Assembly: GCA_963727895.1 (NCBI GenBank)
Contig: CAVSHT010000013.1
Coordinates: 96,001 to 160,000, forward strand
Reading direction: 5' to 3'
DNA length: 64,000 nt
DNA from: an uncultured Methanosarcinaceae archaeon
GTDB taxonomy: Archaea; Halobacteriota; Methanosarcinia; Methanosarcinales; Methanosarcinaceae
The notes beneath the pieces were generated by a model that searched no databases, had not been told where the DNA came from, and saw only the letters and a program-made list of their open reading frames with translations. Shown here one piece after another: positions 9,795 through 20,412 of the stretch. The first letter of the stretch is position 1. Every line of letters starts with the position of its first letter. Both the position numbers and the translations under genes were made by a program.

Positions 9795-10748
9795 TCACCT
9801 CTTTGAAAGGCGCGTACGTACAGCCGCAACCATAAGGGGGAGAGTTATTGTTGCGTCTGCGTATACAGTTACAGCTTTTGCATTTTCTCCTACCTTTCCC
9901 CAGGATTGAGCTTCATCAAGGGTTGCTCCACTCAGGCCGCCGGTTTCAGGATGATCCATTGTTAACTGAATTGCATAGTCGAAAGATTTGGGAGTCACAA
10001 GCATGGACTGCAGGATATAGTTTTTGGGAACACCGCCACCAAGCAGCAGAGCCCCTGCACTTTCAGCGGCATAGCAGATTTCCATAAACTCATGCATATC
10101 AGCAAATGCGTCAACATGAAGAGGATTTCCTTCCTTGTAGAGCCAGGCCTGAAGCCCTATAACTGAATCCTGAAGAGCAGGGCAATACACAGGTACACCC
10201 ACCTCAGCTGCCGTTTTCAGGATTGAGGAATCATCATTGAGGTTCTTTCCTATTTCGGTAAGCACCTGCCGGATAGAAAGTTTTTCTTTAGGAAGCCCGG
10301 AATATACACTCTGCAAAAATTCCTCAAGGTCTGTAAAATGCTGATCAGGAAGATAAACATCGTAAATTCTGTCAATGCATTCATCCCTTAGCTGAATGTC
10401 GTTTGCACAGTCTGTTCCCTTATAATGGTGAAGGCCCAGAGCTTCAACAGTATCGTGTACCATATTGGCACCGGTTGTCACAAGAACATCGATATAACCA
10501 TCACGAATCAAATCAGCAACAATATTTCTCATGCCTGCAGGAGTCATTGCCCCTGCAAGCCCAAAAAATTTAGTAGTTTTCTCTGAAGCCAGCATTTCAT
10601 GGTAGATATCCACGGCTTTAGCCAGCCTGCCAGCTCCAAAGGCACAGCCTTTGTATTCCCTTACAAGCTCGTCAACACTCATATTGGGATTGATCTTTGC
10701 AGATTTTATTGGGGTTGAAAGTTTTTTGTTTGGAGTATTACAATCCAT
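9795..10748 (-). CDS. dys: Deoxyhypusine synthase
   Basis: [34 protein letters not shown] motifs. Confidence 0.93.
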   Translation of the reverse strand: MDCNTPNKKLSTPIKSAKINPNMSVDELVREYKGCAFGAGRLAKAVDIYHEMLASEKTTKFFGLAGAMTPAGMRNIVADLIRDGYIDVLVTTGANMVHDTVEALGLHHYKGTDCANDIQLRDECIDRIYDVYLPDQHFTDLEEFLQSVYSGLPKEKLSIRQVLTEIGKNLNDDSSILKTAAEVGVPVYCPALQDSVIGLQAWLYKEGNPLHVDAFADMHEFMEICYAAESAGALLLGGGVPKNYILQSMLVTPKSFDYAIQLTMDHPETGGLSGATLDEAQSWGKVGENAKAVTVYADATITLPLMVAAVRTRLSKR

Positions 10749-11126
10749 TCAGTTTCCCTCATAAAAAGGTATGATAGGACCTATATTGAAAAGTATCAAT
10801 TTTAGATTATTTTGATCCGATATTGGATTACCTGAAATACATAGTATATGATAAACTTTCTCTTTGTACCTGCCTGCCAAAATATTACATACACGGTAAC
10901 TTATAGTGTCAGATTTGATACAATTACCTTATTTACAGATATTCTTAACTTTATATTAAACCTTAATAGGCTTTCGTAAAAAACTATCATAATCGGGTCC
11001 AAGAGACTGAAATAAAAAGAGTACTAGTATAAAGCTACTTATTTCAAATTAATAGATTTCGTTAGAGGATTCTACATGAGCCAAAAAACAAAAGGCTAAG
11101 GATACCTTCACTGAAGTGAAGGCAAT

Positions 11127-11519
11127 TTACACGTATCCTGTAATATCCTGTCCTATTGGCGTGCTTTTTCTTATACACTCTTCCCCATAATTAATCATAT
11201 CTTTTAGTGCTTTTTTCAGTATTGAAGGATAGATCTGGCCCACTTGTTCCCATACAGGTTTTCCATCACAGAAAAACTTAAAGGTTGGCGTGCCCTGAAC
11301 TCCGTACCTTTCAGTAGTCCAGGGATTTGTTTCAATGTTAATACGAGCAAAAACTACAGAATTCTGGAATTCTCCCGCATAGTTCATAAAATAAGGTTCC
11401 ATAACTTTGCAATAGGGACAGGTAGAGCTGTAGAACATTACTATTACTGGTTTTTTAGAGGTTTCAACCAATTCTCCCCACGTACTATCTTCAATTTCGA
11501 TCACATTGCTTTCGTTCAA
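11127..11519 (-). CDS. Thioredoxin family protein
   Basis: CPYC active site; GTPT cis-Pro loop. Confidence 0.9.
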   Translation of the reverse strand: MNESNVIEIEDSTWGELVETSKKPVIVMFYSSTCPYCKVMEPYFMNYAGEFQNSVVFARINIETNPWTTERYGVQGTPTFKFFCDGKPVWEQVGQIYPSILKKALKDMINYGEECIRKSTPIGQDITGYV

Positions 11520-11858
11520 CCAATTACCCCCAAAGGTAGTAAATAAATAGAATGAGTTACTAAAAAATTAAGCCTGTTGAATTGATAATTCTATTTGATT
11601 TATATATCTATTTACTCCTCAGAGATACCAATCTCTGTTTATTAAATTAATATTCTTTACTTTTATAATATTAATGTTTATGCCTCATAAATTGATGGAA
11701 TTCTTCTATATGATAAATAGATTAAAAATATTCTAAAAGAATGAATTTTAAAAATATTCTAAAAAAGTCCATTTTGAAAAATATCCTGAAAGGATTATTT
11801 TTTAAAAAAGAGAATACTTCGATAGATAAAAAATAGATTAGTAATTAATATTATAAAT

Positions 11859-11988
11859 GAGCCGATCCCAAAACTCAAAATTGCGTATTTAGATCTTGAA
11901 TTTGCAATCATCACTTGAGCTTTGGATTATGACAGCAATACTGAAAATTTTATGATTTAGAGAATAAAGTTGGTTTTGGGATGGCCTC
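11859..11988. mobile_element. MITE-like non-coding element (130 bp), family A
   Basis: Terminal IR GAGCCGATCCCAAAAC / GTTTTGGGATGGCCTC (14/16 match); similar to 4769-4902. Confidence 0.72.
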
Positions 11989-11990
11989 AA

Positions 11991-12090
11991 TTAGTACTTA
12001 ATATTATAAATTAGTACTTAATATTATAAATTAGTACTTAATATTATAAATTAGTACTTAATATTATAAATTAGTACTCAATATTAAAAA
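11991..12090. repeat. Tandem repeat, 20-bp unit TTAGTACTTAATATTATAAA x5
   Basis: Four perfect units plus one variant; no spacers. Confidence 0.95.
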
Positions 12091-12131
12091 ATTCAAAAAT
12101 AGGGAGTTAAGTTTACAGATATGGGTCCCAT

Positions 12132-12479
12132 TTAGATTTTTTTGTCTGCATTCTCAGAAATCATTATTTCGGAAAAACATGTGCTACAGACATATCTGTC
12201 GTCAAGACATTTTTCGTTAAAGTCCACTTTAGGACCGCCTGGTTTTGTGGTTGCATCCCTGAAAACATAGAACTTTTCATTAAATTCTATTGGCTGACCA
12301 CATCTCGAACATACGAAAGGTGGATTTTTAATAGAATCAATTGCACATTCAATGCATATCAGATCGGACTTATCCCCGTGAACTTCTTTGAACTTTATTG
12401 GCTTCATATCCAAACTGGTATCCACAACCAGTACATCTTCCAGCAACTCCCTACCACAAATATTGCAGTAATCTTTCAT
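12132..12479 (-). CDS. Hypothetical protein with four CxxC motifs (double zinc ribbon)
   Basis: CNIC, CIEC, CSRC, CSTC. ATG 12479 follows GGAGGT. Confidence 0.75.
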   Translation of the reverse strand: MKDYCNICGRELLEDVLVVDTSLDMKPIKFKEVHGDKSDLICIECAIDSIKNPPFVCSRCGQPIEFNEKFYVFRDATTKPGGPKVDFNEKCLDDRYVCSTCFSEIMISENADKKI

Positions 12480-12874
12480 TGCGTTACCTCCTTTGTTCAG
12501 AGGATTTTTCGCCAATTCTTGTGTTGAGCCTACACAAGATTCCAATGTCTCCATGCTTGCACTCAAATCTTATTCCCCTTTTACTTTATTACCCTATATT
12601 CACTCGAATTGGCCTATTTCGAGGTTTCCAATCCGTAGTTCTTAACACTGTTAATTTATGTTTTGCCTACCAGTGTTAGTTGATAGTACATAATCTCGAG
12701 AAGATTGGTCCAGAGTTGGAACAGCAGATCGGAACCGATGAATACTTTTTTTAGTGGTGTTGTTTAAGAAATATCGTTTTCATCTTGAATTAAAACAACA
12801 TAAAAAACACTTTATAATATAATTTTTAAATAGCTTTCTAGCCTCTGGTAATAGCTTCCCTATGAAAATATACG

Positions 12875-13078
12875 TATTAAAACTATATACAGTTATTGAT
12901 TTTAATCAAAAAGCAATAGAATAAAGAAATAAATGAAAACTATAATATTATAAAAAAATAAAAAGTTAGTAGGTAAACATACATATTAAAACTATAAACA
13001 GTTATTGATTTTAATCAAAAAGCAATAGAATAAAGAAATAAATGAGAGTTATAAAAAACAAAAAAATAAAAGGTCAGT
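12875..13078. repeat. Direct duplication, ~109-bp period with a ~60-bp near-identical core
   Basis: TATTAAAACTATA(T/A)ACAGTTATTGATTTTAATCAAAAAGCAATAGAATAAAGAAATAAATGA occurs at 12875 and 12984. Confidence 0.85.
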
Positions 13079-13165
13079 AAATAGAAGGGATAAAACAAAG
13101 AATTTTATTGATCCTTGATCAATATATAAGATGGGAAAGAAGAACATTCAAAAGGGTTAAAAAGA

Positions 13166-13912
13166 ATGCTTAAGCAGAGATTTGTGCTGGACACTACGGC
13201 ATTAACGGATCTGCAGACGCGAGAAGTAATGGGTTATGCGTCCCTTTGCGAAGGGATGAAAAAGATTCTTGATCTTATAGCTGAGGCTCGTCTGCGATTA
13301 GATATAAGTTGTTATATACCTTACCCATCGGTATATAAGGAAATGTACGAGTTTGCAAGCCGCAATGGCTGTGACAGTGAAGTTATGGCTAAAATAGATA
13401 CATGGCTTGTGAAGAAATCTCCTGACAGGTATAGAGTTAACGTAACCTCTCAAATCTTCCAAGAATATGTAGCTTATATGCGAGAAAGGATCAACCGGGG
13501 AATGGGAGTTGCCGAAGATGCGATATGGGAGGTAGCTACTGAATGCCTCTTTATGGAAAATCCTCAAAACAAGGAAAAAGAGTACAAGGAAGAAATTGAG
13601 AGGGAAGTTATCGGGGGGATTATTGGCAAATTCCGGAATAAGTATCGTGCTGCCCTGAGATATGGAATTCTTGATAGTGCTCCTGATATCGATGTGCTAA
13701 TTCTTGCCAAAGAGCTTGATGCCGCAGTTGTTGCGAGTGATTATGGGATTGAAAAATGGGCAGAGCAGCTTGGAGTCCGCTTTGTGCCTGCAAATACTTT
13801 TCCCATGATGATAAAAGAGTACCTGAAACATCTTCCACGAAGTAAAGAGTCCGAGTCCGAAAGCAGAGAAAAAATCAAAAAAGAATCATCTAATGAAATA
13901 GAATTTATTTAA
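13166..13912 (+). CDS. HARP, RNA-free ribonuclease P (PIN-like; also annotated as RNA ligase partner protein)
   Basis: [35 protein letters not shown] motifs of the Aq_880 family. Confidence 0.88.
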   Translation: MLKQRFVLDTTALTDLQTREVMGYASLCEGMKKILDLIAEARLRLDISCYIPYPSVYKEMYEFASRNGCDSEVMAKIDTWLVKKSPDRYRVNVTSQIFQEYVAYMRERINRGMGVAEDAIWEVATECLFMENPQNKEKEYKEEIEREVIGGIIGKFRNKYRAALRYGILDSAPDIDVLILAKELDAAVVASDYGIEKWAEQLGVRFVPANTFPMMIKEYLKHLPRSKESESESREKIKKESSNEIEFI

Positions 13913-14087
13913 CAGCTTCAGCTTCAAAACCTGATAAGTCTACAAGCTTTAGTCTCAAGATTTAATTTTAGATTAGGGTACGAGTTAAGTTGGAGACGAA
14001 ACTTTGGATAGTTGGAGAAGTGTCTTCAGATGCTAACTGAGCTGTGAATATCAAGGAAAAATTAAATCTTAATTACTAATTATCAAG

Positions 14088-14185
14088 CCTTAAGGAAATT
14101 AATATCTTTTAAGGAATTAACGTCTTTTAAGAAATTAACCTTTAAAGAATTTGTTTCTTAAAGAATTTGTTTCTTAAAGAAATCT
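14088..14185. repeat. Degenerate 15-19 bp tandem repeats (TTAAGGAATT / TTAAAGAATTTGTTTC)
   Basis: Visible short-period repeats upstream of mat. Confidence 0.6.
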
Positions 14186-14234
14186 GTACACTCATAGAAA
14201 AATGTTTCTTTAGATAATCTTGGGGGGTAAGAGT

Positions 14235-15467
14235 TTGAGAAACATAGTAATAGAAGAATTAAAAGCATCTGAAGTTTACCGTCAAAGGGTTGAGGTTGTT
14301 GAGAGGAAAGGACTGGGACATCCTGATTATATCTGTGATGCCATAATGGAACAAATCTCATTAAGCCTCAATCAGAAGTACCTTGAAACCTTTGGGACTA
14401 TCCTGCACTATAATATAGACAAGGGCATGCTCGTTGCAGGAGAAGTTGAAGGAAAATTTGGGGGAGGCAGAATCTTAAGCCCAATGAGGCTTATAATAGG
14501 CGATAGGGCGACTTTTAAAGCACAGGGAATAGAAATTGACGTTCCTGAACTTGCAATAAGTACAGCACAAAAATGGTTCCAGGATAATCTTCGCTTCGTA
14601 GATCCTGAAAATCTTATCTACCAGGTAGAGCTAAAAAAAGGTTCTGCAGAGCTTACAGATATATTCAGTAGAAAAAGTGGGATTCTTGGAGCAAATGATA
14701 CCTCCGCAGCAGTTGGATATGCACCTCTTAGTCCCACTGAAATACTTGTTTTTGAATGCGAAAGGTATCTGAACTCAAGAAAGTTCAAAAAAGAATATCC
14801 TGAATCTGGAGAAGATATAAAAGTTATGGGGCTAAGGCACAGAGAAGATGTGCATCTTACTGTTGCAATGCCTCTTGTAGACAAGTTCGTTGAATCTGAA
14901 GAAGAATATTTTAAGAAAAAAATCGAACTTCACGAACGAATTGAAGAATTTACTGCCGAATTTGCAGAGAAAGCAAGAGCCGAAATAGAAGCCTGTATGT
15001 GTCTGAAACCAACTGCTTCTTTGAATACTCTGGACGCTCCGGGGAGAGGGCTGCAAGGAATTTATACCACTGTAACGGGCACTTCTACAGAAGACGCAGA
15101 TGGTGGGGAAGTTGGAAGAGGAAACCGCGTAAATGGGTTAATTCCTTTAAATCGCCCTGTTAGCAGTGAAGCTGCAGCAGGTAAAAATCCCGTAAGCCAC
15201 ATAGGAAAGATCTACAACCTTCTCTCCCACAGGATTGCAGCAAGGATCTATAGAGAAGTACCTGATATTTCCGAGGTTTATGTCTGGCTTCTTAGTGAAA
15301 TAGGAACTCCAATAGACCAGCCTCAGATTGCAACTGCTCAGATGATAATGAAAAAAGGATCTATGAGTGACGTAGAAAAAGATGTTGCCGAAATAATGGA
15401 AAAGGAGTTGGAGAATATACGGGCTTTCTCAATGGAACTTGTTGCAGGAAAATGTCCTATCTGCTGA
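14235..15467 (+). CDS. mat: Archaeal-type S-adenosylmethionine synthetase
   Basis: VERKGLGHPD, ANDTS, GEDIKVMG, GRGNR, EAAAGKNP.SHIGKIYN. TTG start after GGGGGGT. Confidence 0.95.
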   Translation: MRNIVIEELKASEVYRQRVEVVERKGLGHPDYICDAIMEQISLSLNQKYLETFGTILHYNIDKGMLVAGEVEGKFGGGRILSPMRLIIGDRATFKAQGIEIDVPELAISTAQKWFQDNLRFVDPENLIYQVELKKGSAELTDIFSRKSGILGANDTSAAVGYAPLSPTEILVFECERYLNSRKFKKEYPESGEDIKVMGLRHREDVHLTVAMPLVDKFVESEEEYFKKKIELHERIEEFTAEFAEKARAEIEACMCLKPTASLNTLDAPGRGLQGIYTTVTGTSTEDADGGEVGRGNRVNGLIPLNRPVSSEAAAGKNPVSHIGKIYNLLSHRIAARIYREVPDISEVYVWLLSEIGTPIDQPQIATAQMIMKKGSMSDVEKDVAEIMEKELENIRAFSMELVAGKCPIC

Positions 15468-15493
15468 GAATGAATTGTTCGGGGAGAGCTAGC

Positions 15494-16363
15494 TCATACC
15501 CCGGCAATAAAAGCAATAAGAGCAAAAAACATTGCAATCTTGAACATTTTTGAAGATTTAGTAAGATTGTCGCGAGATATAAGCTGATAGATAGCTGCAA
15601 GAAATCCAAGATCTGCCAGAAGAACAAGATAAAGATAACGAAGACCAAGTATTGACATAAGGTAAGGAAGAGGACTCAAAAATACAGCTAGAAACCCAAT
15701 AAAAACTGCAAGGTAACTTGCTTTTTTCGCTCCAATCCTGAGAGGTAAGGTATCTGCTCCTTCTTTTTTATCTCCTTCCATGTCCTCTAGGTCCTTCACA
15801 ATTTCTCTGGCAGTGATTGCAAGGGCTGCTAGCAGGAATAGTATAAAGAGGGCTTTAAGACCTTCAAACCCAAAAACAGAAGCTCCAAATAGAAAACTTG
15901 AGCCTGTCAGGTAGCCTATGCTCAGATTTCCTAATAGAGGAGTACTTTTGAGAGTTTTTGCATAGAATATAAGCAGTAATGAATTAAACAGCGCAATAAG
16001 TCCACACATTAGATTTATAGAGAAAGCCATAAACGTTCCAAAAGCAAACAAGATATAAGAGAAGTAAAGAGCTTCCTTTAACTTTATCCTGCCTGAAGGA
16101 ATAGGCCTCTCAGGACGATTGATGGAATCTATTCTGACATCAAAATAGTCGTTAATGGTATTTCCGGCACCTGAAATTAAAAATACAGCCAGAAAAACAA
16201 GGCCTGCATAAAAGAAAGGAAATATATCAGAGTTATAGGAAATAAAGGCATCCGAGGTCAGGATATTAAAAGCTATCAATGTTCCGATTATAGATGCAAA
16301 ACCTGCCATAAGACAGTTTTTGTATCTCATTAATTCCAAATATGTGCGTACGCCTGTAGACAT
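15494..16363 (-). CDS. Digeranylgeranylglyceryl phosphate synthase (UbiA family)
   Basis: [19 protein letters not shown] and REIVKD.ED.EGD aspartate-rich motifs; multiple TM helices. Confidence 0.9.
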   Translation of the reverse strand: MSTGVRTYLELMRYKNCLMAGFASIIGTLIAFNILTSDAFISYNSDIFPFFYAGLVFLAVFLISGAGNTINDYFDVRIDSINRPERPIPSGRIKLKEALYFSYILFAFGTFMAFSINLMCGLIALFNSLLLIFYAKTLKSTPLLGNLSIGYLTGSSFLFGASVFGFEGLKALFILFLLAALAITAREIVKDLEDMEGDKKEGADTLPLRIGAKKASYLAVFIGFLAVFLSPLPYLMSILGLRYLYLVLLADLGFLAAIYQLISRDNLTKSSKMFKIAMFFALIAFIAGV

Positions 16364-16728
16364 CAGAAGAAAGCAGTATTATAAAGTATTAAAGGTATCG
16401 GATTTTCTCACCTGAATTTCATTTTTCGTGTTTTTATTGCTTTTGTATCTGAATAAATCCTTTAAACTCCAACTCCTGTAAATTATTCGCAGCGTTTGAT
16501 GATTAATCGATTCTCTCAAATACGATTATTTAGAAAACTTTAAGCTCCGAAAACACATATTTTAATTGCTGTTTAAATTACTACTCTGGGACTTGAGGTT
16601 ATTTTAAGCTGACTTCGGGAAGATGTATCTGCGTTTTTATGTAATACTACATTTGTGTGATTATCAAATCTAAATCTTAGTGTAAAGAGGTGAATTGTCC
16701 CACTTATTATCTAGAAGGAGTAAAAGGC

Positions 16729-17022
16729 ATGCATGACACAAGACTGATCAAGGTACTTGCAGAATATCTCGCAAGATGCGCAGAAATCCATGCTAGGAAC
16801 GAGTCAATACCGCCAGAAATCCTGGAAACGTTTATGATTGATATCGTAAGCTGTCTGGAAGTGGGTGGTATTTACGACTTTGGAAAAGAGCTGGTTCCGC
16901 TCAAAAAAGCACGTGCAACTATCAGGCTTGCAAGACGTGAATTTGAGTGGCAGTGCGACAATACAGACAACCCGGAAGACTGGGAAACCTGCCTGCGGAA
17001 CGCAGTTTCTGAAAACGTATAA
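16729..17022 (+). CDS. Hypothetical protein (97 aa)
   Basis: ORF with GGAG RBS before ATG 16729 and a T-rich tail after the stop; no motif recognised. Confidence 0.65.
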   Translation: MHDTRLIKVLAEYLARCAEIHARNESIPPEILETFMIDIVSCLEVGGIYDFGKELVPLKKARATIRLARREFEWQCDNTDNPEDWETCLRNAVSENV

Positions 17023-17466
17023 TTTTTTAAAGTCTGCTTAGAAATCTGTGACCTCGCGGGTATTTTTCAAGTTTTATTCTGCAAAACTATTACTGAAAGA
17101 GCCTTCTCATTGTCTGAAATTCTGAGATGGGCACATATCTAATTTTATGGAGGTATTTTGTGTCTTTGTGTCAAATCACGTCCTTGTATTAAAGATAAGA
17201 ATTGAAATCACAAATCAAGGACAATTTTCAAGTTAGATATTTATCAGAAACTTAGATAAGTTTATAAAGAAAAACAGAAAAACAATAATTGTAAAATTTG
17301 TGAAAATTAGATAGTGGGAGTCGATTCCTGTGAAATATTATGCAGTAGGAAGGCTCATAATCCAATCAAACAAAGTGAATTGACACATTTTAGACCTGGC
17401 CAAAACCCCCACTAATATTTAGCCATGATTCTTATTGATTTTTTTCAATAAAATTGCTTGAATTCT

Positions 17467-18108
17467 TCAGGTACGCAATCCCTTGAGATTTAAATCATTT
17501 CCTTTCCAGGATCCTGGTATATAACGATGCTTGTAACTACTATTCCCATCCCTCTTTGGAGTTTCTTTAATTCCTTTCCATGAACCTGGAACATATCGAG
17601 GTTTGTAACCAGCTTTTTCCTTAGTTTCTTTCCAGAGCCCAGAAATATAACGCGGTTTGTACCCGATATCACTTATTTTTGGATTCTCTTTTGTTCCTTT
17701 CCAGAACCCAGGGATATATTTTGGCTTGGAACTAATATTTTTACTTGTTTTCTTATTCTCTTTTGTTCCTGTCCAGAATCCAGGAATATAATGCTGCATA
17801 TACCTGATAGTCTCTATTTTTGGATTTTCCTTTCCAGATTTCCAGAATCCAGGTATGTATTTTGGCTTATTATTTGTCTTTTCTATCTTAAAAAAATCAT
17901 TGGTTCCATTCCAGAGGCCAGGAATGTAACGCGTTCTGTTTTTTATGTTTTCAATCTTTGAATTCTGTTTAGTTCCTTTCCAGGAGCCGGGAATGTAATG
18001 AGGTATGGAGGCAAAATTTTCATTTAGTCTTGAAGATTTTTTAGCTTCTGTTTTTGTTTTCTTAACTGCTTTGCCAGCTCCCTCTTTTAGTTTATGATTT
18101 TTATGCAT
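17467..18108 (-). CDS. Lys-rich protein with eight YIPGxW(K)G repeats
   Basis: ATG 18108 follows GAGGT. Repeats are conserved in protein while codons vary. Confidence 0.8.
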   Translation of the reverse strand: MHKNHKLKEGAGKAVKKTKTEAKKSSRLNENFASIPHYIPGSWKGTKQNSKIENIKNRTRYIPGLWNGTNDFFKIEKTNNKPKYIPGFWKSGKENPKIETIRYMQHYIPGFWTGTKENKKTSKNISSKPKYIPGFWKGTKENPKISDIGYKPRYISGLWKETKEKAGYKPRYVPGSWKGIKETPKRDGNSSYKHRYIPGSWKGNDLNLKGLRT

Positions 18109-18451
18109 GCGACTAACCTCTCTATTTAATGTATACAGTTTAACTGCGAAACTAATCGCATAAAAACTAAACCCGCTAGATAATACACTCTTAACATATA
18201 AATAAATATTTGACAGTTTTGGGGGACATGGCCTTAATTTTTTGTATCCATACGTAGGTATTTTCACATAAATTCGTTCTAATCTGGCTCTAACGCCAGA
18301 CGAAATTTCTGAATTATTAAGTTTTATGAGGCAATAATTCAAAATAGTTATTTTAAAAAAGGTAATTCAACGACTGTCAAGAAGGATTAATTGTTTAAGT
18401 ATTTTTTAAAAAATAGATATAATTAGTAAGTGCAACATAATAAAACTGTAT

Positions 18452-18868
18452 TCAACAACTATTTTTTCTTATAAGTCCATTTGCTCTCGTTTCTGCTTCT
18501 TCTTTTGTCTGGAATATCTCATCGGTACAGTTACATTTTCGCGTGCTAGAGTTGCAATGACAAATAATATACAAAATATCGGAAAGGTTGTCAGTGGGGA
18601 CATAACTTAACTCGGTAATTTCCTTGCCTATACGGGTATAATCTTGTCCGTCAATCTCAATTTCGCCTGCATCTTTCATTGGATCATATCCAAAAAATAT
18701 TTCGCTGTCCAGTGCTGCTTGCCATTCCTCTACAAAATATTCGGGCTGCCCTTCAATGTACTCTATCTCAAAATCCGCAGTACCATTAGTTTTTACATAC
18801 TCAAACATGCTTTCATATACATCCACTGATTTTACTTTTCCATAATACAATATGTTTAGATTTCTCAT
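18452..18868 (-). CDS. Hypothetical acidic protein (138 aa)
   Basis: Intact ORF with purine-rich RBS; C-terminal CHC/CNC. Confidence 0.7.
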   Translation of the reverse strand: MRNLNILYYGKVKSVDVYESMFEYVKTNGTADFEIEYIEGQPEYFVEEWQAALDSEIFFGYDPMKDAGEIEIDGQDYTRIGKEITELSYVPTDNLSDILYIICHCNSSTRKCNCTDEIFQTKEEAETRANGLIRKNSC

Positions 18869-19272
18869 TCCTGTCCTATCTCCCTTGAAGTAATATTACA
18901 TTTTAGATACCTAATCACATCTTATACTTAAAGTATTAAAGAAAAAAGCTGATTTTCTTTCAGTTTAAGCAACTCATATGTAAATAACTATACAGAAACT
19001 TTGTTTGTTTCCTTGTCAATCCCAGAATTTTGTTTTTATTTTCCGTTATGCCCCATTAATATAAATCTCCAGGTGCCAACAAACTTATAAAAATCTATTG
19101 AAAGAGTATTGGAAGATATAAAATTATAACTGAGCTGGAAATAACAACTTAAAAGTAATTATAAAAGTAATTATAATTGAAAAAGAACAAAAATTTAAAA
19201 ATTAAAATTTAAAGAAAATATAAGAAAAAAGTTGAAAGAAATGTGAAACCAAAAATAATTAGACTTTCTTCT

Positions 19273-20316
19273 TTAGCATACTCTGGGAATCGGGTCTCCT
19301 GCAGGTACATCTACAAAACGCATACCTCCAAAGCGATTTTTCAGAACTACTTCTTTTTTATCTGGAGTAACTTCTCCTATAACAGCTGCGTCCTTGCCGT
19401 AAGGATGTTGCCTCAAAATTGAAAGAACTTCATCTTCAAAACCGGATTTGACCCCGATAACTGCTTTTCCTTCATTTGCAACCTCAAGGGGATCCAGGCC
19501 CAGCATTTCACAGGCTGCGGAAACGGCTGGTTTGAAAGGGATCAAGTCTTCTTCAATAAGAATACCTGCTCCAGATTTTGCTGCCATCTCGTTCAGGGCA
19601 TTTGCAAGTCCCCCACGCGTAGGATCTTTCATTGCCGTAATCACGGGCTCGCCATCTGGAGTTCTTAGTTTTAGGAGGGGTTCGATGAGTTTCCAGAGTG
19701 GAGCTGAATCTGAGGCAAGGTCAGTATCAAAATCAAAACCTTCCCTGTGAGCCATGAGCGAGATTCCATGATCACCAATAGTTCCTGTCACCAAAATTTT
19801 ATCTCCCAGCTGAAGCCCTGAATCTCTTACAGGACTATCCGTAACCCCCAAACCTGCGGTGTTCAGGATAATCGAATCAAGTGCTGTTTTCTCCACGGTC
19901 TTCGTATCACCTGTTATTATGGGAACTCCAACCTCTGCCGCCGTTTCATCCATTGTTTTAATAATTTCCTCAAACTCCTGAAGTGAAAATCCTTCCGGAA
20001 CTATGACTGCACAGGTGAGAGCAAGGGGTTTAGCTCCCATAACAGTAAGGTCATTGACGGTGCCTGAAACTGCAAGCCTTCCTATATTGGTATTTGGAAA
20101 AAAAGCAGGTGTTATCACGTGACTGTCAGTAGTCAGTACGAGTTCACATCCCTTTTCAAAACCTTCAAGCTTTACTGTGGATCCATCATCAAGACATTCA
20201 AGCCCTATCGAGCCTGCGCTTTTATTGTGAAAGTTTTTTAGAATTATTTCTCCTATCAGTGCTTGCATTACTTCTCCGCCTGCACCGTGTTCAAGAGAAA
20301 TGGTATTAGATTTCAT
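19273..20316 (-). CDS. hypE: Hydrogenase maturation carbamoyl dehydratase HypE
   Basis: HGAGG, TTDSHV, GDTK, DPTRGG, ANEGK, C-terminal PRVC. Confidence 0.97.
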   Translation of the reverse strand: MKSNTISLEHGAGGEVMQALIGEIILKNFHNKSAGSIGLECLDDGSTVKLEGFEKGCELVLTTDSHVITPAFFPNTNIGRLAVSGTVNDLTVMGAKPLALTCAVIVPEGFSLQEFEEIIKTMDETAAEVGVPIITGDTKTVEKTALDSIILNTAGLGVTDSPVRDSGLQLGDKILVTGTIGDHGISLMAHREGFDFDTDLASDSAPLWKLIEPLLKLRTPDGEPVITAMKDPTRGGLANALNEMAAKSGAGILIEEDLIPFKPAVSAACEMLGLDPLEVANEGKAVIGVKSGFEDEVLSILRQHPYGKDAAVIGEVTPDKKEVVLKNRFGGMRFVDVPAGDPIPRVC

Positions 20317-20412
20317 ATGAGTCTCCTTTTTCCGTTTTCTAAACCCTCTGGATCATCTCAACCGACTTTAATTCTCTTTAACCTGCCTTTTTAAATTCTT
20401 TTTTAACCTACC

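Noticed and set aside
11991..12090. CRISPR array or replication-origin repeats
   Set aside because: No spacers, no ORB-like G-string and no cdc6/orc1 nearby; it is a simple AT-rich minisatellite.
18109..18342. 78-aa N-terminal extension of the YIPGxW-repeat ORF
   Set aside because: Contains promoter-like TATA sequence, and a good SD (GAGGT) precedes ATG 18108.
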